Assembly: GCF_006345805.1 (NCBI RefSeq)
Contig: NC_042998.1
Coordinates: 13,516,001 to 13,580,000 of the forward strand
Source of the DNA: Octopus sinensis
Lineage: Eukaryota
DNA: 64,000 nucleotides
Direction of reading: 5' to 3'
Position 1 is the stretch's first letter; every line of letters begins with the position of its first letter. The translations under genes and the position numbers were made by a program. Shown one piece after another: positions 54,029 to 64,000 of this stretch. Below the pieces are notes generated by a model that saw only the letters and a list, made by a program, of their open reading frames with translations, had not been told where the DNA came from and did no database searches.

Positions 54029-54179
54029 GGTTTAATTTCAATTATCCGCACCAACGCACGGTTGCAACGCCAGATGGTTGTACCTCCAACCGTGCTGTTT
54101 ACTGGTGTGATTTTTGCTACTAAGGTATCGGTTAACTTTTGATTAATCTACAACAAGATTATTCATCTTTCTATTTCAC

Positions 54180-54213
<34 letters not shown>

Positions 54214-54536
54214 GTGTGTGTGGTGTGTGGTGTGGTGTGTGTGGTGTGTGTGTGTTTGTGTAGCTATTAATATTTAATATTTCAAATATGACATTCTGCG
54301 TTAATTAGTAAAAAAATATTTCCAGTGATAATTGCTGTCCTCTATAATGTGTGCCCCGAGGACAAATAAATGAAAGTAATCAACGTTTGATCACTAGGTA
54401 TATCTAATCTGAGTCTTTGGAAAATTGTTTTCGAAATTCATTTTAAAAGATAAGTAATGAAATATGAATTCTATATGCGATAAGTACATACAAATACGAG
54501 TATGTACGTGTGCATGCATGTATGCATATACGTATA

Positions 54537-55543
54537 TCTTACTATAATTGGCCCCGTGTCCGTCCGTGCCGTCTGTCCGTTACCTTCTGACAACCAAAGA
54601 ACTGGTCACACTTGCACAAAACTTGGCAGTCTTACTAGGGACATCTTGAGAATCATTTATATCGTTTTAAAATTTCCTTGGAAAGATTTGAAGCACTGCT
54701 TCGATTCGTACGAAACTAAGGAAGCCATTTTTTATACATAAATAAAGATACATATTCAAAATAATTATACGGAAATCGGCCACAGTAGCAAAACAGAGAC
54801 AAAATCCTAAATTGCGTTTATGACAGTTCAAATAGCACTTTCAGTTCTTCTTTCATTATTATTATTCAATGGTTCTGGGTGTTGATGTGTTGTGCGAAAC
54901 ACAAAGTGTATGAGTGACGCACAAGGAGATACAGAGAGAGTGAGAAAGACAGAGACAGAAAAACACAGACCAGAAACAGTGAGAAATTCTGTGTGTGTAA
55001 GTTTGTATGTGAGTGTGAGTCTGTGCGTGTGAGTGTAATGTATGTGTGTATGCGTTTCTTTTAACCCCATCAACACACTTCCCCTACAACGATGTCAATT
55101 TGGTACAACACCCAGGACAAAAAAATAAATATATAAAAACCATAATGTTAATGACTTATGATTAAGAACTTCCCAGGAGAAGGTCGACGATATTTAAGTT
55201 CGAACACAATAATCGATGGAAATCATCACCAGTGTCCACAGGATTTCCCTAACAACTTGAATCCACCGGGACTACCTATGCAGAGTATCTCACTGATAAA
55301 GTACTGTCCTATACTGCTCCTACGAAATTTTTTTTATTTTGACCTTGCCAATAGACATTGCAACGGAACAAGATACACCGTCACGCAGCTCAATTCTCAC
55401 GTCATCGTGTTGGTGTGTTTGTACCCACTCCGATGCTAACGCACAGCCAGTTGTATATCGCTACGAGCAGAAGAACAGACTCAGTTAATTTGAAAATTAC
55501 GGTTGATCAAACACAAACCATCGTTTACAAAGAAGTTTTGTAA
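54537..55543 (+). mobile_element. Helitron remnant with PIF1-like helicase C-terminal fragments
   Basis: A|TC start at about 54537. ORFs 55158-55439 (NNLNPPGLP..LIKYCPILLLRN..CNGTR) and 55358-55543 (VGVFVPTPMLTHSQLYIATSR..IVYKEVL*) match the Helitron RepHel C-terminus. Confidence 0.85.
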
Positions 55544-55724
55544 ACGTAATAATATCATGAATATGTAGTATGTAAAGCTGTACACAACTATAGCAAAAGC
55601 CAACCGTTATTTAAATTTTGTTACATTTCCCATGACATATTTCAGTATAAATACATTCATTTCAAAGTTTTGTTATTATTTTCACCTTCCTTTCATTTAC
55701 CATCGTAGATGGATAGGTTTGAAA

Positions 55725-55773
<49 letters not shown>

Positions 55774-55776
55774 CTT

Positions 55777-56282
55777 TTTTAAGCACAGAAAATTCAACAA
55801 AATCTGTTACTCTGATTTTCTCGTTGCCGTTCAATCAGACAGTTTTTGCTAGAATGGAACATATATATTAATTCAATCTATACTCTTACAAACGCTACAC
55901 CTTAAAACAAATGGACTTGTTTGATTGGCCCTTTAGAAAAAACGGTCAATCTTCGAGCGATAAACAAAAAGGTCAAAAATATATGTTATATATATAAAAA
56001 AAACTTATAAAAATTATAAAAATTATAAAAATTATAATTTTTATAATTTTTATAAGTTTTTTTATATATATATACATATATTTTGACCTTTTTGTTTATC
56101 GCTCGAAGATTGACCGTTTTTTCTAAAGGGCCAATCAAACAAGTCCATTTCTTTAAAGGTGTAGCGTTTGTAAGAGTATAGATTGAATTAATATATATGT
56201 TCCATTCTAGCAAAAACTGTCTGATGAACGGCAACGAGAAACTCAGAGTAAAACATTTTGTTGAATTTTCTGCTGCTTAAAA
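55777..56282. repeat. ~500-bp palindrome carrying a hammerhead motif in each arm
   Basis: The left half is the reverse complement of the right, centred near 56030. The right arm reads ctgt-CTGATGA-ACG gcaa CGA-GAAA-CTCAGAG-TA at 56217-56250. Confidence 0.9.
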
Positions 56283-56355
56283 TAAAGCATATTACTCTAC
56301 ACTGGTATTTGAGTACTCTTTTTTTCCACTGTTTCACATTTATGTTTTTACTCCG

Positions 56356-56399
<44 letters not shown>

Positions 56400-56403
<4 letters not shown>

Positions 56404-56600
56404 ATCCAAACAAGAAAGCACAAAAAAAACACAACAAAGCGAGGTCGTGGAAAAATATAGTATTATTGGACGCTCAGGAAAGAAGGAGAGTTCAAAGTTT
56501 CGAGCGGAGCTCTACGTCGGAAACATAGTAGGAAAGATCCAGAGAAGGGAAGACGGAGGAAAAAAATCACCAACGGTACACACGCAGTTACATTTTGAAT
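56400..56600 (-). mobile_element. (TA)n-abutting repeat related to 1932/10774 with degenerate hammerhead-like motif
   Basis: Minus strand reads tttccgacgta-GAGC tcc GCTC-GAAA-ctt...ttcctgagcgtccaataatac. It shares ttcctgagcgt..taatac with 10774-10966. Confidence 0.5.
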
Positions 56601-56611
56601 ATATATATATT

Positions 56612-57005
56612 ACTTGTTTCGATCATTCGACTGTGGCCATGCTGGAGCAACACCTTTAGTCGAGCAAATCGACCCATCATTCATTCTATAGTTTCTATCG
56701 GTTTCCTTTGTTGAACTACTAAGTTACGGGACGTAAACACAATAGCATCGGTTGTCAAGCGATGCTAGGGGGACAGACACAGAAATACAAACATTTACAC
56801 AAACACACACAAACACACACACACACACACACCACATATATATATATATATGACGGGCGTCTTTCAGTTTCCTTCTACCAAATCGACTCACACAACTTTG
56901 GTCGGCCCGAAGCTGTAGTAGAAGATACATTCCCAAGGTGCCATGCAGTGGGACTGAAAATGCAACCATGTGGTTGGTAAGCAAGCTATTTACCACAGAG
57001 CCTCT
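56612..57005 (-). mobile_element. SINE family A (diverged)
   Basis: Reverse complement of family A. Confidence 0.8.
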
Positions 57006-57007
57006 CC

Positions 57008-57065
<58 letters not shown>

Positions 57066-57643
57066 GTGTGTGTGTGTGTGTGTTTCTGTACATGAGAATC
57101 CGATTAATCAGGCACTTAAAACCTATGTAACAGGGCGAGTCGGAATATAAAATGTTTACACAACCAAACTAGAGGAATAAATTAGCGGGTAACGATATAC
57201 AGGGGAAAGACATTCTGTTTATGTATATGATCACCAGGACGCAGCTGCCTATATCATGAGCCTTAAGGATCATTTAGAAACCAAATTTTGCACTAAATGT
57301 ACGGTACGTAATATAAATCGGATCCTCGCAAGGAACAGGTTCGGAGTGAGGTGAATACTAAATAAATAAATGACAGGAGCTGGAAAATATGTCAATCCAT
57401 TTTTTACAGATTAATGGAGAATTTTGCATCATTAGAAAAAAAACGTTTCCACCAGGTGAATACATGAATCACGACATTTAAAAACACTTAAAACTGTTGG
57501 CGTTTGAATGATTTTCTATGTTGTGATTCTTGTATTCAGCTCGTGATCATTTTTTCTTATGTTGCATTTTCTCCATCAATGAATTAAAAACACGTTGGAA
57601 ACAGCTGTAATGGATCGACACTTTATCCATCTGTTGCTTTATA

Positions 57644-57685
<42 letters not shown>

Positions 57686-58817
57686 ATAGAAAGATACTGA
57701 GGGTGAGAGAAAGAGATGTATATATAATTATATATATATATATATATATATACATACATACACACATATATGTGTGGGTACGCATGTATATACGCATGCC
57801 CGTGTATATATATATCCAGTACTATTCAAATATGTATACATGAGAAACTAATGCACACAAATGCATCATCTGAAGCCCAAACGCAGAAGATATTTATAGA
57901 TTCACAACCTGAAACATTAATAAATAACACGTCATTGTATTTATACTTACAGAATATCTATTGATAATCCATATATATGTGTATATATATATTTATATAA
58001 TGTAAATATCAGTACATGCACGTTTATATCTTAGTGCTGGAAGATATGTACGTATATGCCACACACAGTCCCGCGCGCATACATGCACACAATCACACAC
58101 ACACGTACCGAGAGAGAGAGAGAGAGAGTGACAAACAGAGAGACAAAGAGAAAGATAGAAGGAGATATAACTATAAGCTCTCTTAGATCTCTTTACATTT
58201 ATATATTACCTGAGTGTGTCATATATAAATATTCGCCTCCTACGCACTCATTCATAAGTATTTATATACACTCTCATAAACATAGGCAAGGACACGCCTA
58301 TTCATAAATGCATTTTCAAATGGGTTTTGTGTAAATCTTCGTAAAGTTAATGACATTTCCTAAATTTCCTTAATGTTTCCACATTTTAAAATCAATGAGA
58401 AATATATACATTTCTATAACCATTTACTTCCATTAAGTTGCAACATCCAGTTTGATTACTATACAGGATAGTTGCATGTACATTGTAAGACAATGTACAT
58501 GCAATATTCCCATTTGTTTATTTTCCTTAATAATAAATGTGTTCTACAATATATTTTTGCAAAAATGTGGCGCAAATTAACAAAGATCGTTAATTATATG
58601 ATGAATAACTTTCTTTAATCACTGTTCCATTTTCTTTTCCGATGGATATATTTTGAAATCTGAAAGCACGGTTTAATTAGACACTTATACAAATTATACC
58701 GAATGAGGACTCTCTTTCTCTTTTGTAATCTCAATATATATATATGCGTGTGTGTATTCGTGTGTGTATGCATATAAACTTACATATATGTATGTGTTTC
58801 CCTGTATGCATATATAC

Positions 58818-58860
<43 letters not shown>

Positions 58861-60222
58861 TATATATGAAATATATAATGAATAAACTTATATAAAAATA
58901 AAATATATATATATATATATATATAATATATATATATATGAAATATATAATGAAATAAATATAAATAAAATAAAATATATATATATATATATGAAATATA
59001 TAATGAAATAAAATTGTAATAAGATAATATATATATATGTGCATATTATATATATTTTATAAATATAAGTATATATATATGCATATATATTTACATACAC
59101 ACACACACATACCGAGAGAATCGCTGAAAAGATATAACACCGGTAAATAATTGATTATCTTATATTCTGACTTTTATCTTGGCAAATGTATGAAACCTGT
59201 ACACCATATCAAACAATCTATACATACAAACACACACACACACGCACGCACATATATATATGGACACATGCATATACATACAAATATATGTGTGTGTGTA
59301 TGTAAGCATATATATATACATGTATACGTGCGTATATGCATACATACATACATATATGTGTGTATTATTGCATGAATGCATGTAGGTGCTTATATAACAA
59401 ACTATCCCTTGATGTACGAAAAATTGGTATGCTGACTGAACACAATTTTTCCTGGCAGAGCAAATCTGATAATAAAACAGTACAAACCTATATTTCAGGT
59501 CCATGTATAACACAGTATATGGTTTTTTTTTTGTGAGTGTATCTCGACAGCTGAAGTGTGTATTTCCTTTCACATACCACAAAATCCATGAATTTCTTTT
59601 GATCCGTAAATTTAAGTAGAAATTTTGACACTTCGATCCACAGAAGTCGTAACATTGCAGTCTGACAGTGTAATTACCTCCTTCAGATTTTCTGTTTGTA
59701 TTCCCTTTTGTTTTCCAAGAATATACCGCTGTAAATTCTGATAGGTGAATCCTGGTCATTCATTTGAATTTCGAAACAATAATGGAACATTTTTCAAGTT
59801 AATATTTTTGGGGGTAAGGTCTCAATGTATGTTTAACATCGAATAATTATTTTTTCTTGCTTGGATGTTATGTGATAGTTGTTCAATAATTAATGGCTGC
59901 TTAAACAATAAATGACATATAAAGCATAAAATCATGCATTCTCTGTGAAATATTTGATGAATCTATTATATTACATGCTGCTCATATATTATCATGAATT
60001 TATATTAATATTTGATACGTTATCATACTTTTTCTATTGGTTTAATACTTTCAATTAATCTAGTCGATTTGCTTTATTGATCGTTTCGAAATTTTAGCAA
60101 AAGTTTATAATTTTAGCCCTGTAACTATTCAGCAAATTTTTGAATGTGTATATATTATCAATCCTTCAGTCGAACGAAATCCCAATTGGAATCTATATAT
60201 ATTTCAATATTTGTTGCAATAT

Positions 60223-60620
60223 AAGGCGGGGAGCTGGCAGAAACGCTAGCACACCGGGCGAAATGCTTATCGGTATTTCGTCTACCGTTACGTTCTGAGT
60301 TCAAATTCCGCCGAGGTCGCCTTGCTTTTCACCCTTCGGGGTCGATTAAATAAGTACGCACTGGGGTCGATGTAATCGACTTAATCAGTTTATTTGTCCT
60401 TGCTTGTCCCCTCTGTGTTTAGTCCACTTGTGGGTAGTAAAGAAATAGGTATTTCGTCTGTCTTTACGTCCTGAGTTCAAATTCCGCTGAGCTCGACTTC
60501 GCTTTTCATCATTTCGTGGTCGATGATTAATTAAGTACCAGTTGCGTACGGGGGTTGACTAATCGACTGCCCTCACCCCCCAAAACTTCGGGCCTTATGT
60601 CTAGAGTAGAACAGATTATT
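60223..60620 (+). mobile_element. SINE family C, full copy plus tandem partial copy
   Basis: Reads aaggcgggagcTGGCAGAAAcg...gAGTTCAAATTcc (A/B-box-like), core ttcggggtcga, tail gtgggtagtaaagaaat. The sequence restarts at ggtatttcgtct at about 60448. Confidence 0.85.
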
Positions 60621-62773
60621 TGTTGCAACATAGGAAACACCTAGTTCATTATAATGAAGCACGATTTTATTGCACTGTAGATATGAAATATACCGTAAGG
60701 TTATGTCAAATGTAATTTTTTTCTGGAAAAGAAATGTTCATTTACAACATTCTTGAATCCTGAGGGTCACTCTGGTATTGCAATTGGAGAGAAAGCAAGC
60801 ACTCTCAGAGGATGACTCAAATTTTAGGCACTGCTATGTAGCAAGGAATGTCATTTATCATGACTTGTTGCATTATATGCAACCTAGGAGCTGATGAAAA
60901 TATACCTTCTATAAATGATGTTTCATTATTTTAAACAGTCTCCCTTTAAACATTCAATATTTGAAAAATATGTTTTATTTCATTCAGAAGGCTTTTTCTC
61001 CCTTTGCATCAAGCCAAGATTTGAAGCTGATGTCTTCTCTAGATATTGTTAAAGAATCCTTTACAGATTGGCTTAATACCATTTTTAGGTCATGGAATTT
61101 CCAATCTCAGTGATTTTTCCAAAACAATTATATTCTTTGCATATTTCTCATAAGCCATATACAGAACTCTTCAATGCAGTGTAATTCTTCACTTTGCAAT
61201 ATTTCTGCGAAAACTAATTCCGAAATGAAGTGTGCTTTCTGGACCAGACGAACTGAATTTCAAGGTCTCCTACCCCAAGCGAATCGTGCTCTCTATGAGA
61301 GTGTCATTTGATTATTCCAAATGAAACAAATATGATGATGAATAATGTATACCGCAAGCAAGTGTAAAACAGCATACTATAATCCCATTTAAAGGGTGTT
61401 ATTGAATTCGTTGAGTTCTGGTCCTTAAATCAAGCGTGATTCTAATCTGTGCTATCGCTTTTTCCTGGAGTTCCCATTTGTGACAAAGAGATTAAATTCA
61501 CTAAAAAGGAATTACTGTTTTTGGCTGATGTTATTTATTTTGCATGGAATGCTTTTAACAGTCATCTGATAAAAATCTATAAACGAGATATCATCAACAA
61601 AAGGGAACAACAATCATTCTAAATTTACATGTTTGAATTCCCCACAATCATCTTTCGTTAGAGCTTCGTGGAAATTCGTCTGACTTATAAAATTGGATAA
61701 CCAGTCAGATGCATCAAACTAATGAGTCATAAATGATATATGCAATTCTTCAAACATCTTTAATTGCTCCTTCCCTGAACGAGGTAAGCAGGCAGCTCTA
61801 ACGAGAATATGTTACCATATGCTTGCTTTCTTCTTTTGTTCATCTACACAAATATTTCAATCCCAATAAATCATCCCTAACTAATCAGTGTATAATTAGT
61901 CCAAATGCTATTCCAGTATAAACCACGAAAGTGACATTAACAATATTACATTCAGAATGTATGCCCTGTTATATAGCTGATGTATATTATTACATATCTC
62001 GCAGGATAAATATGTCGTTCATAAGAGAAACAAAGGAATCTCTTTTAGTCCTCACGAATATCTACTCAATTCCTTTTCTCTTGTCGTCTATATCTCCGCT
62101 TTCTATTCTTGTGCATCCGCTTCTACAATCCAACACTTTTATTTCCCACCGCATCAACACCTATTCTGTTCCGCCCCCATCATCTTCCCCACTTGTACCC
62201 ATTTCTAATCCCCTTCCAGCAACATTCTCCAACACTCCCATCTATCGTTTGTTACTCTAATTCTTCACTAGCCTCTTCTTGATATTGAGCGATCGCTTAT
62301 TTTTATAAGTTGATTTTTTAGACCTTAAACACATATCCAAGTGATGGGTCGCTTTTTCGTCTCTCACTGTTACTCACCACGCCACATCTCACGTCACGCC
62401 TTTCCGCTCTCTGCCTGCAGCTATTTTCTCTCTGCATAATTTCCCTCCGGTATTAATCAGGGGACTATATATTTCCAAATAAAGAGGCTCTCCAAGCGTG
62501 TAATAAACGTTTTCAAAACACTTTATACTACATTTGCTCTACATCTATATTTACTTGCTTTCATTCATCAGCTTCTACTTTTACGGATATTATAGCTGTT
62601 ATGCCATCTTTATATAAATATATTCTTTTATTCTATCATTTGTTTCAGTCATGAAGCTGCAGTCATATAAGAGTGGCACAGTGGTTTAGCTAATTTCATC
62701 CGGAAGAGGGGTTTCATATAACTACTCCTGTATGTACCTTCCTTGATTCCGCTGCCTTCGTCCGTACCTAATG

Positions 62774-63036
62774 CTAGGCCGTTGGTTCATCCAGTATTGT
62801 GAAGGGGAGGAGGTTTACTTTTTTGATGACATATAAATCTAAATAATGTAGATTTCTTATTTTTCCCAGCAGAGCATCGAAGAGGTGTGAGCCTTTCAAT
62901 CTTAGGCTATTGCAGTGCCTGATCCTCAATTTGGTCGGAATGGATGGTGCATTTGGTACAATATCATAGCGTCCACTTCTGGCATTTGTATAACATTCAA
63001 TACCGAAGTTAGGAACTCGGCCTTCTAGAGTTATCA
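62774..63036 (-). pseudogene. CR1-group LINE 3' ORF2 remnant
   Basis: LEGRVPNFGI...NSLRLKGSHLFDALLGKIRNL...ILDEP resembles the CR1-group C-terminus (G..LFN.LP..IRN....+PDEP). Confidence 0.7.
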
Positions 63037-63263
63037 CTTTACTCTTTTACTTGTTTCAGTCCTTTGACTGCGGCCATGCTGGAGCACCGCCTTTAATCGA
63101 GCAAATCGACCCCAGAACTTATTCTTTGGAAGCCTAGTACTTATTCTATCGGTCTCTTTTTGCCGAACCACTAAGTTACGGGGATGTAAACACACCAGCA
63201 TCGGTTATCAAGCGATGTTGGGGGGACAAACACAGACAAACACACACACACACACACACACAC

Positions 63264-63306
<43 letters not shown>

Positions 63307-63469
63307 CGACAGGCTTCTTTCAGTTTCCGTCTACCAAATCCACTCACAAGGCTTTGGTCGGCCCGAGGCTATAGTAGAAGACACTTGCCCAAGGTGCCAC
63401 GCTGTGGGACTGAACCCGGAACCATGTGGTTGGCAAGCAAGCTACTTACCACGCAGCCACTCCTGCGCC
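63037..63469 (-). mobile_element. SINE family A
   Basis: Full-length reverse-complement copy interrupting the LINE remnant. Confidence 0.9.
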
Positions 63470-64000
63470 TATGTGTAGATTATTACTTATCAGTCGCACC
63501 TTCACTTGAGGGAGTAAAGTCGCAGTTTTGTCACCCTCTCGCTGCAGCTCATTCACTGCATTGTTTCAATCTTTTATTGTAGTGCCGTTAGAATGCTTGA
63601 AGCTCCGATGTCAGTTTGGCACTATGTGGTTACCATAGCAGGCGGCTGAGAACAACATAACTTCCTGTGAATCGTCTGTACTTCGTTGCCATCTTGGTAT
63701 TATGCACATGACATGATGCATCATTGCACACACTGACACCCACGTCTTCCACTGTCAGTGACTTTCGGATTGGATTGACTTCAGATCTTGCATATGCAGG
63801 TTGCATTACATTCTGAAGTTAATAGTGCAGAGCCTGAAACTTTCCATCATTAAAGTGCCCGTTGTTTACTTCAGCCGACTCGTATTCAGTACCACTGTAA
63901 GTTTGCGAGTCATCTGGACATTTTATAGCCTGTGTAAACTTGTTACCATCGGGTAGCTAGTAACAATGGCTGTCAGAGTGACCATGTGCATATTTAATAG

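Noticed and set aside
60700-61900. Possible decayed DNA-transposon coding region
   Set aside because: Multiple stops in the frames examined and no motif I could assign.
63580-64000. GC-richer segment with a semi-open minus-strand frame
   Set aside because: Contains in-frame stops, has no recognisable homology, and is truncated by the window end.

Overview
AT-rich, microsatellite-laden eukaryotic DNA with no recognisable host gene. It is probably cephalopod/octopus, inferred from the tRNA-SINE families and the extreme (TA)n load. The centrepiece is a near-full-length Tx1-type (L1-clade) non-LTR retrotransposon (16622-22151), followed head-to-tail by an internally deleted second copy (22170-24638). 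Three copies of an 18-bp target sequence bracket and separate the two elements. Removing them reconstructs a ~357-bp unit plus a ~105-bp terminal redundancy. This unit folds into a long rod-like hairpin capped by a type I hammerhead-ribozyme-like motif, so the LINE appears to target a retrozyme/Penelope-pLTR-like repeat. The window also has at least eight other hammerhead-like motifs in short elements abutting (TA)n, including two 0.5-0.7 kb palindromes. Other content: many tRNA-SINEs, a 5S rRNA pseudogene, Helitron, Tc1/mariner, CR1-like and Dong/R4-like remnants, a MITE and LTR-like fragments. Almost all short ORFs in the track are microsatellite or antisense artefacts. All alignments and folds were done by eye.
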